64,000 bases of DNA from Syntrophorhabdaceae bacterium (GCA_963665295.1 OY762209.1:4608001-4672000); one strand, 5' to 3'. Shown: positions 6,895 through 16,546, numbered from the stretch's first letter. The notes: generated from the sequence alone by a model not told the origin. Numbers and translations are program-made.

Positions 6895-9867
6895 ATGAGC
6901 AAGGTGGAAAAACTTATATTCTCCCGTCGACAGTTCCTGAAAGCCGCAGGGCTCACAGGGCTCACCGCCATGGTAAGCGGCTGTTCCGACGCAGGCAGAA
7001 AGTTGATTCCTTTTGTCACGGCCCCTGAGGACATCATCCCCGGGGAGGCGACATGGTACGCCACCACCTGTAGAGAATGCCCGGCGGGCTGCGGCATGCT
7101 CGCCAAAAACCGGGACGGACGGGTAATCAAGGTGGAAGGGAACCCCCTCCATCCGATCAACACAGGCAAACTCTGCGCGAGAGGACAGGCGTCGGTACAG
7201 GGCATTTACAATCCTGACAGGCTCCGCGCTCCCGCGACGAAGCTCGCAGACGGTACGTTCCGGCCCGTCACATGGAAAGAGGCGGAAAAGACTATCGTCG
7301 ATGCACTGACACCGGTAGTCTTGAGGGGTGACCGGCAGAAGGTCGTATTCCTTTCCGACCTCACTTCCGGTTCCGAAATGCAGGTGGTCCGTCGGTTCCT
7401 CGCTTCCATGGGGTCCTCCAACCACATAATGTACGAGCCGTTGGCCTACGAAGCCTTAAGGCAGGCAAACCGCGACGTATTCGGGGTAAGGGCCATTCCG
7501 GCATATCAAATCGACGCCGCGGATTTCCTCATCTCCTTCGGGGCAAATTTCCTTGAAACGTGGGTATCCAACGTCCGGTTCTCCCGCCAGTTCGCACGGT
7601 TCCGTGAACCTGCAAAAGACGGCAAGAATCCGTTCATTTACGTGGGACCGCGTCTCTCGATGACCGCGGCGAATGCGGACCATTGGATTGCGACACCTCC
7701 GGGCGGAGAGTCCCTTGTCGCCCTGGGTCTCCTGCACCTTATCCTCGAAAAGGACCATGGGACCGCCCTTGCGCGGGACGACAAAGCGAGAGTGCGGGCA
7801 GCCACGGCGGCCTTTACGCCGGACCTCGTCGCGGAAAGAACAGGTGTAAAGAAAGAGGAACTCCATATGCTCGCCCGCTCTTTCATGAAGGCGGCAAGGC
7901 CCCTTGCCCTCGCGGAAGGCCTGGGACTCGAGGATCCGGCGGCCCTCGACACGGGGCGCGCCGCAAACCTGCTCTCAAGTCTCATGCCGGGCAGCAGCGA
8001 GACGATGGATTTTTCGAGGCCATCCCTCCTTTCCGGCTCAGCCCCCGCGACTGATATGAAAACATTGACAGATGCCATGCTCGCAGGCAAAATAAAGGCG
8101 CTCTTCATCCTCCGCGCCAACCCTGCCTTCCACCTTCCTCAGACATGGCATTTTTCGGAGGCATTGAAAACAGTGCCCCTTGTGGTATACCTCGGAAGTT
8201 ACCCTGATGAAACGGGGCGTCTGGCCCATGTCCGCCTTCCGATTCATACTTTTCTCGAATCGTGGGGTGACTATACGCCCGAACCCGGTATAGACAGCTT
8301 CCTGCAACCCGTGATGGGGCCCATCTTCGATACTCGCAATCCGGGAGACATCCTCCTCTCTCTGGGGCAGGCCATCAAAGGCCGGGTGTCCTTCCCGGAG
8401 AAAGATTTCTATGAGGTGGTCCGGCACGCCTTCGAGGCGTCCCGCACGCCGGGGGCGGCGCGCGGGAATCAGGAGGAGTACTGGCTCAATGCCCTGAAAC
8501 AGGGCGGTTCCTGGAACAGCAGGGAAAAGAGGACCAGGCACTCCCTCACGGGCCACCCGGTCAATAGTATGTCCTTTGCACCTCCTTCGTCGGGGCTGCC
8601 CGCAGGGGAAGGTCTCTCCCTCATCTCCTATCCCACGATTCAGTTTTTCGACGGCCGCATGGCAAACAGGCCCATTCTGCAGGAATTGCCCGACCCCATG
8701 ACCGCAGTCACGTGGGGAGGATGGGTGGAAATCAACCCTGAAACCGCGAGACGCCTCTCCATCAAGAAGGGTGATGTCCTTCTTATACGCTCGGAATCGG
8801 GGACCATCGAAGTACCTGCCTATCCCTATCCGGGTATAGAACCGGGTACTCTCGCAATCCCTTATGGTCTCGGCCATTCGGCCTTCGGCCGGTATGCCCC
8901 GGACGGCATGGAAAATTCCGTGGGGATACTGGGGAAAGAACTCGGCCCGGCGGGCAGCATAGTGAGGGCCCTTGTCACCGTGACTGTGACGAAGAAAGGA
9001 ACTTCTCTGCCTCTCGCGCACACCGACGGGAGCGCCGACCAGCACGACAGGCATATTGCCCGGTCCATAAGCCTTGAAGACTACCTAAGGACCCGGGCGG
9101 ATCCCCCCGACGTGGTACTGCCTCTCTCCAGGGGCTTTGTCCAGGAACGGGACTTCTATTCCGCCCACACCCACGATGCCTACCGATGGTGCATGGCTGT
9201 CGACCTCGACCGCTGTATCGGCTGCGGGGCGTGCGTGGCCGCCTGCTATACCGAAAATAACGTGGCAGTAGTGGGTAGGAAGGCCGTCCTCAAGGGCCGT
9301 ACCATGGCATGGCTCCACATAGAGAGATACTTTGAACCGAAAGAACCCTTCATTCGGTTTATTCCCATGCTCTGCCAGCACTGCGACGAGGCGCCGTGTG
9401 AGTCGGTGTGTCCCGTATTTGCGCCGAATCACAGCAAGGAAGGGATAAACAACCAGGTATATAACCGCTGTATAGGTACCCGCTATTGTAGCCAGAACTG
9501 CCCCTATAAGGTCCGCCGTTTCAACTGGCTTACATGGACCCACGACGCCCCCCTTGAATGGCAGTTCAACCCCGATGTGACCCGGCGAACCAAGGGGGTC
9601 ATGGAAAAATGTTCCTTCTGCATCCAAAGAATCGTGGAGGCAAAGATAAAGGCGACAGGCGAAAAGAGACTCGTCCGGGACGGCGAGTTCGCCCCTGCCT
9701 GCGCGCAGACCTGTCCGGCGGACGCCCTCGTTTTCGGGAACCTGAAAGACCCGGAGAGCCGGGTGGCAAGGCTCGTCGGGGAGGCCAGGGCCTACCAGGT
9801 CCTTGGCGAACTCAACACAAAGCCGGGGGTGATATATCTCAAGAAGATCACCCGGAACCCGGCGTAG
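6895..9867 (+). CDS. actB: Alternative complex III subunit B (molybdopterin-oxidoreductase-like domain fused to Fe-S domain)
   Basis: Tat signal SRRQFLK with lipobox-like VSGC; GNPLHP motif; C-terminal CIGCGACVAAC, CQHC..PCESVCP, CIGTRYCSQNCP (3Fe-4S type), CSFC..CAQTCP. Confidence 0.9.
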   Translation: MSKVEKLIFSRRQFLKAAGLTGLTAMVSGCSDAGRKLIPFVTAPEDIIPGEATWYATTCRECPAGCGMLAKNRDGRVIKVEGNPLHPINTGKLCARGQASVQGIYNPDRLRAPATKLADGTFRPVTWKEAEKTIVDALTPVVLRGDRQKVVFLSDLTSGSEMQVVRRFLASMGSSNHIMYEPLAYEALRQANRDVFGVRAIPAYQIDAADFLISFGANFLETWVSNVRFSRQFARFREPAKDGKNPFIYVGPRLSMTAANADHWIATPPGGESLVALGLLHLILEKDHGTALARDDKARVRAATAAFTPDLVAERTGVKKEELHMLARSFMKAARPLALAEGLGLEDPAALDTGRAANLLSSLMPGSSETMDFSRPSLLSGSAPATDMKTLTDAMLAGKIKALFILRANPAFHLPQTWHFSEALKTVPLVVYLGSYPDETGRLAHVRLPIHTFLESWGDYTPEPGIDSFLQPVMGPIFDTRNPGDILLSLGQAIKGRVSFPEKDFYEVVRHAFEASRTPGAARGNQEEYWLNALKQGGSWNSREKRTRHSLTGHPVNSMSFAPPSSGLPAGEGLSLISYPTIQFFDGRMANRPILQELPDPMTAVTWGGWVEINPETARRLSIKKGDVLLIRSESGTIEVPAYPYPGIEPGTLAIPYGLGHSAFGRYAPDGMENSVGILGKELGPAGSIVRALVTVTVTKKGTSLPLAHTDGSADQHDRHIARSISLEDYLRTRADPPDVVLPLSRGFVQERDFYSAHTHDAYRWCMAVDLDRCIGCGACVAACYTENNVAVVGRKAVLKGRTMAWLHIERYFEPKEPFIRFIPMLCQHCDEAPCESVCPVFAPNHSKEGINNQVYNRCIGTRYCSQNCPYKVRRFNWLTWTHDAPLEWQFNPDVTRRTKGVMEKCSFCIQRIVEAKIKATGEKRLVRDGEFAPACAQTCPADALVFGNLKDPESRVARLVGEARAYQVLGELNTKPGVIYLKKITRNPA

Positions 9868-9868
9868 G

Positions 9869-11221
9869 ATGGCAAAGGACGTGGAGACCAAAGAACTGAA
9901 GTTCAATGAGGTGGACCAGGAGATACTGAGAACCCTCTCGGCCCCGGGACGCCCCTATCGGGTCGTGGTTTTCCTCCTTTTCCTGGGGGTCATTTACGGC
10001 TACATCATAGTGTGGTCCTACCAGATCACAAACGGACTGGGCGTCGCGGGATACAGGCCTCCTGTCATGTGGGGCGCATACCTCGTTAATTTCGTGTTCT
10101 GGATAGGAATCGCTCACTCGGGCACCCTCATTTCCGCTATCCTCTTCCTCTTCAGGGCAAAGTGGCGGACGAGTATCTCCCGGAGCGCGGAGGCCATGAC
10201 CATCTTCGCGGTATTCATTGCCTCCCTCTTTCCCATAATCCACCTCGGGCGGCCCTGGATCTTTTACTGGATCATCCCTTATCCGAACCAGCGGACCCTC
10301 TGGCCCGACTTCCAGTCTCCCCTGATCTTCGATTTTCTCGCCGTTTCCACTTATATGACGGCAAGCCTGCTTTTCTGGTTCACAGGTCTCGTCCCCGACT
10401 TCGCGACGGTCAGGGATCGCGCCTCGGGTTTCCGCAGGAAGATTTACGGCTTTCTTTCCCTCGGTTGGTCCGGCACCGACAGGCAGTGGCATCATTACGG
10501 CATGTCCTACCTTCTCCTCGCCGGCCTGTGCACGCCCCTCGTTATCTCGGTGCACAGCGTGGTCTCCTGGGATTTTGCCCTCGCCATCATACCGGGATAC
10601 CACAGCACCATCTTTCCGCCCTATTTTGTGGCAGGAGCAATCCATTCCGGTCTCGCCATGGTGCTCACGCTCCTCATCCCCCTCAGGCGGATATTCCACC
10701 TCGAACCGATCATCACTCTCGACACACTGGAAAAGATTGCGAAAACATCGATCCTCATGGCCCTCATCGTGGCATACGCATATATAGTGGAACCCTTCAT
10801 CGCCTGGTATAGCGGCAATGTATTCGAGAGACAGACTTTCCTGTTCCGGGCTATCGGCTACTATGCGCCCTTGTTCTGGGTCATGTGCGCCTTCAATGCA
10901 GTGGCGCCCCTTTTCTTCTTCGCGAAGAAGATCCGGAGGAGCCCGGCGTGGCTCTTTGCAATAGCCATCCTCATCAACATCGGCATGTGGCTCGAACGGT
11001 TCGTCATTATCTGCGGCTCCATGGCAAGAGACTACATTCCTTACGCCTGGGGAAATTACTGGCCGAACTGGGTGGATTGGTCGATAACCTTCGGCTCCTT
11101 CTGCCTTTTTTTTCTCCTCTTCCTGCTCTTCGTCAAATTTCTGCCCTCTGTTTCCATAACAGAGGTAAAGGAAGAGGTAAAACCCCCTGTTCGAGGGAAG
11201 GAGGTGCCTTTTGGCACATAA
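9869..11221 (+). CDS. actC: Alternative complex III subunit C (NrfD/PsrC family quinol-binding subunit)
   Basis: NFVFWIGIAHSGTLISAIL, RSAEAMT, HLGRPW, SPLIFD, SVHSVVSWDFA, GMWLERFVII. Confidence 0.9.
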   Translation: MAKDVETKELKFNEVDQEILRTLSAPGRPYRVVVFLLFLGVIYGYIIVWSYQITNGLGVAGYRPPVMWGAYLVNFVFWIGIAHSGTLISAILFLFRAKWRTSISRSAEAMTIFAVFIASLFPIIHLGRPWIFYWIIPYPNQRTLWPDFQSPLIFDFLAVSTYMTASLLFWFTGLVPDFATVRDRASGFRRKIYGFLSLGWSGTDRQWHHYGMSYLLLAGLCTPLVISVHSVVSWDFALAIIPGYHSTIFPPYFVAGAIHSGLAMVLTLLIPLRRIFHLEPIITLDTLEKIAKTSILMALIVAYAYIVEPFIAWYSGNVFERQTFLFRAIGYYAPLFWVMCAFNAVAPLFFFAKKIRRSPAWLFAIAILINIGMWLERFVIICGSMARDYIPYAWGNYWPNWVDWSITFGSFCLFFLLFLLFVKFLPSVSITEVKEEVKPPVRGKEVPFGT

Positions 11222-11723
11222 AGGGGGGCTCCTCGCCGTCTTTGTCTACGCCGATGATTTTCTCTCAGCCCTTGGTCGCCTCAAGGCGGGATCGCACAGG
11301 GTGGAGACCGTCTTTACGCCCCTGAATCTTCCCGAAGTGCAGGAGATACTCGGTAAAAAGCCTAGTCAGGTCCGCCTCATCACCCTGATGGGCGGCGTCC
11401 TGGGAGGCCTGGGGGTGGTAGGGCTGGCCGTTTATGCCCATCTTTCATTCAGCCTGATTACAAGCGGGAAACCAGTCCTTCCGTGGGTACCCTGGGTCGT
11501 GGTCTGCTTTGAAGGCGCTATCCTCGGCGCGGTGATCTCAAGTGTGGTCGCGTGGATATTGAAAGGCCGTCTGCCCCGTCTTCAACCCGTCGCGGGATAT
11601 GATCCGCGCTTTTCCCAGGACCGGTTCGGGATACTCGTCGCGCCTCCCGGGAGCGAAGAGGACAAGGTAAAGAAGTTACTCGAGGAAGCCGGGGCCGTGG
11701 AGGTACGCCGTGTCTCACAGTGA
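11211..11723 (+). CDS. actD: Alternative complex III subunit D (DUF3341)
   Basis: TTG start after AAGGAGG; two TM helices with SGKP..PW..V.FE and YDPRFSQDRF motifs; follows actC. Confidence 0.85.
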   Translation: MAHKGGLLAVFVYADDFLSALGRLKAGSHRVETVFTPLNLPEVQEILGKKPSQVRLITLMGGVLGGLGVVGLAVYAHLSFSLITSGKPVLPWVPWVVVCFEGAILGAVISSVVAWILKGRLPRLQPVAGYDPRFSQDRFGILVAPPGSEEDKVKKLLEEAGAVEVRRVSQ

Positions 11724-12948
11724 CTTCCCCGCCCCCGTCCGCCTCGCCATTCCTTCGTGGCTCGGTATTGTTTTCACAGCCCTCATTGTTGCGGGTACGG
11801 CCGGTTTCCTCTCCGGTATTCTCGGCCCGCATCCGCTTCGCGCCTGGCAGGCATACCTCGTGAACTTCCTTTTCTGGACAGGACTCTCCCTGGGGGCGGT
11901 CCTCGTCGTAGCGGTCCTCAACCTTACGGGGGCAAAATGGGGGCGCCCGCTGAAACGTCTCGCCGAGGCATTCGGCGCCTTTTTGCCCGCTTCGTTTCTC
12001 TTTTTCTGGGTCCTCTATTTCGGAAGGATGGAACTGTTCCCCTGGATCCACCACCCCGTGCCCGCAAGACAGGTCTGGCTGAACGTGCCCTTTCTCTTCG
12101 CCCGTAACGGTGCGGGGCTTTTCTGCCTGACCCTTGTTTCCCTCGCCATGATCTACTATTCCCTCAAAGCCGACCGGCAGTGGCGGGCGGACATCCCGGG
12201 CGGGGTCGAAAAAAACCCTTCCCTGAAGCCCTGGAACACGAGCTGGAGCAGGCAACAGGCGCTCTCGCCCGTTTTCGCAATAGCCTATTCCTTTATCCTC
12301 AGCCTCATGGCATTCGACCTGGTCATGTCCCTCGATGCCCGGTGGTACTCCACCCTTCTGGCCGGATATTTCTTCGTCGGGTGCTTCTACACCGGAGTGG
12401 TCGCCCTCAGCCTCCTTTCCCTCTTTACCGCGGGTGCAGAAGGCTTTCAGGGCCACGTAATACCCCGTCACTTCCATGATCTGGGCAAGCTCATCCTCGC
12501 GTTCTGCCTTTTCACGGGGTATCTCTTCTACGCCCAGTTCCTCACGATCTGGTATGGCAACCTGCCCGAAGAGACACGCTATGTAATCCTCAGGGTCAAA
12601 ACGACCCCATGGGAGCCTTTGGCCTGGGTCACCCTCTTCATGATCTTCCTTATCCCCTTCTTCGTACTCTTGAGCAAGAGGATAAAAACGAAGAGGCTTC
12701 CCATGATCCTTCTGTCCCTGATGATCATGGCGGGTATGTGGCTCGAGAAGTTTATTCTTGTCGCGCCGTCGCTCTGGAAGCAGGGTACGGTTCCCCTCGG
12801 AGCTACGGAGGCCTTCATAACAGCCGGCTACCTGGGCGTCGTGGGGCTTTGCCTCACCATGTTTCTTAAGCGGGTCCCCTTGCTGCCCGTTTCCGACCCC
12901 CTCTTCAGACTTGGGGAAAGCGAGAAGGAGGAACGGCTCAATCCATGA
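11710..12948 (+). CDS. actF: Alternative complex III subunit F
   Basis: Polytopic; WLNVPFLFAR, DLVMSLDARWYST, HDLGKL, QFLTIWYGNLPEET. Confidence 0.85.
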   Translation: MSHSDFPAPVRLAIPSWLGIVFTALIVAGTAGFLSGILGPHPLRAWQAYLVNFLFWTGLSLGAVLVVAVLNLTGAKWGRPLKRLAEAFGAFLPASFLFFWVLYFGRMELFPWIHHPVPARQVWLNVPFLFARNGAGLFCLTLVSLAMIYYSLKADRQWRADIPGGVEKNPSLKPWNTSWSRQQALSPVFAIAYSFILSLMAFDLVMSLDARWYSTLLAGYFFVGCFYTGVVALSLLSLFTAGAEGFQGHVIPRHFHDLGKLILAFCLFTGYLFYAQFLTIWYGNLPEETRYVILRVKTTPWEPLAWVTLFMIFLIPFFVLLSKRIKTKRLPMILLSLMIMAGMWLEKFILVAPSLWKQGTVPLGATEAFITAGYLGVVGLCLTMFLKRVPLLPVSDPLFRLGESEKEERLNP

Positions 12949-13499
12949 CGGAAGAGCGTAAAGAGACTGGGACATCCACAGGAGGACCGGGCTGGAAAAG
13001 GCGCGGATACCTGTGGCTTATTCTTGCCGGAGCGCTGTTCGCGGCCATGTTCCTTCTCTACTTCAACGCAGGCCGGGGGATTGGACCGCGCCAGCCCATC
13101 TCCTTCAGCCATAGGGTCCACGCGGGCGTCAAGGAGATCAATTGCCGGTTCTGCCATCCCGACGTGGAGCGTTCCCCGAACGCGGGCCTGCCGACCGTGG
13201 AGAAATGCTTCTATTGTCACAAGTATGTCATACCTGACCACCCCGAGATCAAAAACGAGGAGCGGTATCTCAAGAGCGACACGCCCGTTCCCTGGGTACG
13301 CATCTTCTGGGTGCCCGATTTTGTGTTCTTTAACCATATCCCCCACTTGAAATGGGGGAAGCTCGATTGCAAGGACTGCCATGGTGACGTGAAAACCTTT
13401 GACCGGCTCCGGAGGGTCGATTTCCAAATGGGCTTCTGCCTGAATTGTCACCGGCAAAGAGGCGCCCAGCTCGATTGCTGGCTCGCCTGTCACAGGTAG
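12945..13499 (+). CDS. actA: Alternative complex III subunit A, membrane-anchored multiheme cytochrome c
   Basis: One TM; QPISFSHRVHAG, CRFCH, CFYCH, PDFVFFNH, CKDCH, MGFCLNCH, terminal CWLACH. Confidence 0.85.
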   Translation: MTEERKETGTSTGGPGWKRRGYLWLILAGALFAAMFLLYFNAGRGIGPRQPISFSHRVHAGVKEINCRFCHPDVERSPNAGLPTVEKCFYCHKYVIPDHPEIKNEERYLKSDTPVPWVRIFWVPDFVFFNHIPHLKWGKLDCKDCHGDVKTFDRLRRVDFQMGFCLNCHRQRGAQLDCWLACHR

Positions 13500-13585
13500 T
13501 CCGCTTTGGCACGGTTGGCAGCCGGGCCGTGGAGACCGCCCCGGAGGCCCCGGGGCAGGGTTGGAATGATGGAGGCGTATCGATA

Positions 13586-14983
13586 ATGCTGAAGACCATT
13601 GAAAAGGGACACCTTCCGGTGGCGGGTTTTTTCATTTCGTCCGCTTTCTGGTTCTTTACGGCAACCATAGGAGGGCTCATCCTCGCCTCAGCCATGGTAG
13701 CCCCGGACCTCCCCCTTTACAAGAACATATCCTGGCTGGTATTCGGCCGCATCCGGCCCATGCACACGAACATGATGATCTTCGGGTTCGTAGGCTCCGC
13801 CCTTCTCGGCTGCACTTACTACATAGTGCCCCGCCTTACACGGACCGGGCTTTTCAGCAGCGCCATGGGAAGGGTTGCGGTCTGGATGTGGAACCTTACC
13901 GTGACGGGGGGAACCGTGACTCTTGCCCTCGGCTTCACCCAGAGCCGCGAGTACGCGGAATGGATATGGCCCATGGATGTGATGCTCCTCGCCGTGCTTG
14001 CCCTCACCTTCTACAACCTCTTGAGGACCGTCGCGTCCCGAAAAGAGGATCTCCTCTATGTGTCGGTCTGGTACGCTTTCGGGGCCTGCATTTTCACGTT
14101 TTTCATCTATTTCTTTGGAAACGCCGTGTGGAATCCTTCGACGGGCGCGATCAGGGGCATGCCCGACGGGATACTCGCGTGGTTTTACGGACACGGGATC
14201 GTGGGGCTCTTTCTCACTCCCCTCGCAGTCGGTCTCTCCTATTACGTAATGCCCATCGTGTGCCGTACGCCTCTCTTCAGCCATAGTCTTTCCCTGGTCG
14301 GCTTCTGGACGATCCTCATGTTCTATCCCCACATCGGCACCCACCACCTCCTCCAGACACCGGCGCCCACATGGCTGAAGATCGTGGCGGTAACAGGGAG
14401 CATCGGTATGCTCATACCCGTGGCAACGGTTCTCGTCAACCTATGGCTGACAATGAGGGGACGCCTGGGTTATATCCATGAGGAAATAGGAGGCAAATTC
14501 ATATTCGCCGGTCTGGTGTGGTACCTCATTGTCTGTCTCCAGGGCCCCTTCCAGGCCCTACCCTCGGTGCAGCGGATCACCCACCTCACCAACTGGGTGA
14601 TAGGCCACTCCCATATCGCGGTTCTCGGTTTCTCCGGTTTCATCGGACTGGGGGGAATCTATTTCCTCCTTCCCCGGATCACAGGACGTCCCCTCTACGA
14701 CCGGAGGCTTGCGGACATACAATACTGGCTCGTGCTCACGGGCCTCACCGGGTTTTTCGTAGTCCTCACCATGGCAGGTCTTATCCAGGGAAGCGGGTGG
14801 CTCGCGGGAAATGTGGTCTACAGGGTCCTCCCCGAACTTCATGTCTACTGGGTCTGGCGATTGGGCTTCGGAATCCTCATCGCCACAGGGGCAGCCATAG
14901 GCCTCTACAACGTAGCGAGAAGCCTTTACAGCGGGGCCGCGGGGCCGGATTCAACCGCACCTCAGGAAAGGGAGGAGACATGA
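13586..14983 (+). CDS. ccoN: cbb3-type (C-family) heme-copper oxidase subunit I
   Basis: GGAGG SD before ATG 13586; FGRIRPMHTN, REYAE, WFYGH, FYPHIGTHHL, WVIGHSH: six His ligands plus the helix-VII Tyr. Confidence 0.85.
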   Translation: MLKTIEKGHLPVAGFFISSAFWFFTATIGGLILASAMVAPDLPLYKNISWLVFGRIRPMHTNMMIFGFVGSALLGCTYYIVPRLTRTGLFSSAMGRVAVWMWNLTVTGGTVTLALGFTQSREYAEWIWPMDVMLLAVLALTFYNLLRTVASRKEDLLYVSVWYAFGACIFTFFIYFFGNAVWNPSTGAIRGMPDGILAWFYGHGIVGLFLTPLAVGLSYYVMPIVCRTPLFSHSLSLVGFWTILMFYPHIGTHHLLQTPAPTWLKIVAVTGSIGMLIPVATVLVNLWLTMRGRLGYIHEEIGGKFIFAGLVWYLIVCLQGPFQALPSVQRITHLTNWVIGHSHIAVLGFSGFIGLGGIYFLLPRITGRPLYDRRLADIQYWLVLTGLTGFFVVLTMAGLIQGSGWLAGNVVYRVLPELHVYWVWRLGFGILIATGAAIGLYNVARSLYSGAAGPDSTAPQEREET

Positions 14984-15927
14984 AGGTCACCCTGAAACTC
15001 CTCCTCTTCGGGGGTATGGCCATATTCGCTTCCGTCCTCTTTATCGCCGTAATCCTCCCGTGGGCCACTATCAGCGAGAAGCCCTCGAGTATCTTCCGGG
15101 CAAGGACCGCTGTTGAAGACAAAGGCAGGGTCCTCTATATCGCGAATGGGTGCACCTACTGCCATACCCAGTTCGTCCGCAACATCGACTGGGGACTCGG
15201 CGCGGAACGGGTAGCCCTTTCCGGAGACTACGTGGCGGAGCAGCCCCACCTCCTCGGTACCGAGCGCACCGGCCCCGACCTTTCACAGGAAGGCGGGGAG
15301 CACCCCGACGACTGGCACCTCGCCCATTATGCAAACCCCCGGTTCGTGCGCCCTGAATCGATCATGCCTGCCTTCGAGTACCTTGGTAAGGAGAATATTG
15401 CGGCCCTCATCGCGTATAAGCAGGCTCTCGGCTTCAAGGACGCCGACTACCGTGTCGAGCGTCAGAAACGATGGAAGGCAAGGGCGATAGCGGCATATGA
15501 GGCCGGGCCGGACAATAATGTGGACTGGATTCATTCCATGGTGCCGGAGCCCTGGCGCAAACTTCCCGGCCCGTACCCCGCCACGGAGCCCGGTTTAAAG
15601 AGAGGCCAACGCATTTTTGAGAGCTTCTGCGTCGGATGTCACGGCCTCGTAGGGGACGGCATGGGCCCGGCGCAGCCCTATCTCTACCCGCCCCCCCTCA
15701 ACTTCACCATCCTCAAGGGCCGCGGAGTGTCTGGGGGAATACTCTATTATCAGATCATGAACGGCATCACGGGTACCGCCATGCCCTATTTCAAACGCGA
15801 GCTTGAATCGGAAAAGATATGGGATGTGGGCAATTACGTGGCTCGAACTTTTATTGGCGAGAGTGACGCATACCGGCAGCCGAGAGGCATCGACGCCGCC
15901 TATATGCCACCGCCGAAAGGAGACTGA
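14980..15927 (+). CDS. ccoO: cbb3 oxidase subunit II fused to a second cytochrome c domain
   Basis: GGAGG SD; TM anchor; GCTYCHTQFVR, GTERTGPDL, ESIMP; second heme domain CVGCH..TAMP. Confidence 0.85.
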   Translation: MKVTLKLLLFGGMAIFASVLFIAVILPWATISEKPSSIFRARTAVEDKGRVLYIANGCTYCHTQFVRNIDWGLGAERVALSGDYVAEQPHLLGTERTGPDLSQEGGEHPDDWHLAHYANPRFVRPESIMPAFEYLGKENIAALIAYKQALGFKDADYRVERQKRWKARAIAAYEAGPDNNVDWIHSMVPEPWRKLPGPYPATEPGLKRGQRIFESFCVGCHGLVGDGMGPAQPYLYPPPLNFTILKGRGVSGGILYYQIMNGITGTAMPYFKRELESEKIWDVGNYVARTFIGESDAYRQPRGIDAAYMPPPKGD

Positions 15928-15928
15928 C

Positions 15929-16207
15929 ATGAGCCTCTACTACCTCCTCTGGCTGATGCTTATCGTGGCAAGCCTGTGGGCAAGTCTGGGCGCCTTTCTC
16001 TGGGCCCATCACCGCGGCCAGTTCAAAGATCAGGACAGGGCGCGGTTTCTTCCCCTCCGCGGGGAGACCGGCCCGGCCCTGCCGGAAAAGGGACCGGCGG
16101 CGCGTCGCGAAGCTTGCGTGATGCTTGCCTTGCTCGCCACCGGCGCGGGGGCCATTGTCATGGTGCTTATCATGGTGATATCACGGACGCCGGGGGCCGC
16201 CCCATGA
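15929..16207 (+). CDS. ccoS: cbb3 oxidase maturation protein CcoS/FixS-like with extra C-terminal TM
   Basis: AFLWAHHRGQFKD matches the FxWAxxxGQFxD signature; AAGGAG SD. Confidence 0.7.
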   Translation: MSLYYLLWLMLIVASLWASLGAFLWAHHRGQFKDQDRARFLPLRGETGPALPEKGPAARREACVMLALLATGAGAIVMVLIMVISRTPGAAP

Positions 16208-16488
16208 GACTCTTTTCCCTTATCGACTTTCATCATTTTATCCTCGCCCTGTTTCTCGGAACGGCTGCCGCCCTCGTCATCTATCTTATCTTCCGGTACG
16301 GGCCCGAGACAAGACGGCGGGACGGACATGACAACCCTGTCCGCGAAGGATCGTATGCCGAAAGCCCCGACGTCCCCGAAGCCGAACACAACCCGGCGCC
16401 CCCCGTCCTTGTCTTTCTCTTTGTGGGGTTCGTGGTGTGGCTTATATGCTACGTGATCTTTTTCGCAATTCGCGGCGGACCGATGTAA
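16204..16488 (+). CDS. Two-TM small protein resembling the heme-less N-terminal anchor of CcoP
   Basis: ATGA overlap with the previous gene; E-x-x-HNPAP followed by a hydrophobic helix ending in Y; no CXXCH. Confidence 0.55.
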   Translation: MRLFSLIDFHHFILALFLGTAAALVIYLIFRYGPETRRRDGHDNPVREGSYAESPDVPEAEHNPAPPVLVFLFVGFVVWLICYVIFFAIRGGPM

Positions 16489-16546
16489 ACCGGGGACGTG
16501 AGACGGGAGGACCGGAATTGAACCAGGATGGACCGGGGGCAATGAC

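Noticed and set aside
6895..12948. Calling the cluster Qrc, polysulfide reductase or Nrf
   Set aside because: Fused B subunit with CIGTRYC, plus ActD-, ActF- and ActE-like genes, fits ACIII better.
13506..13522. TTGGCACG between actA and ccoN as an internal sigma54 promoter
   Set aside because: Good -24 element but no GC at the required GG-N10-GC spacing.
13538..13556. GCCCCGG-N5-CCGGGGC hairpin between actA and ccoN as a terminator
   Set aside because: No U-tract; at most an intercistronic stability stem.
13586..14983. Nitric oxide reductase NorB
   Set aside because: Lacks the H-x3-E motif of cNOR/qNOR, keeps the helix-VII Tyr, and is flanked by ccoO, ccoS and a copper ATPase.
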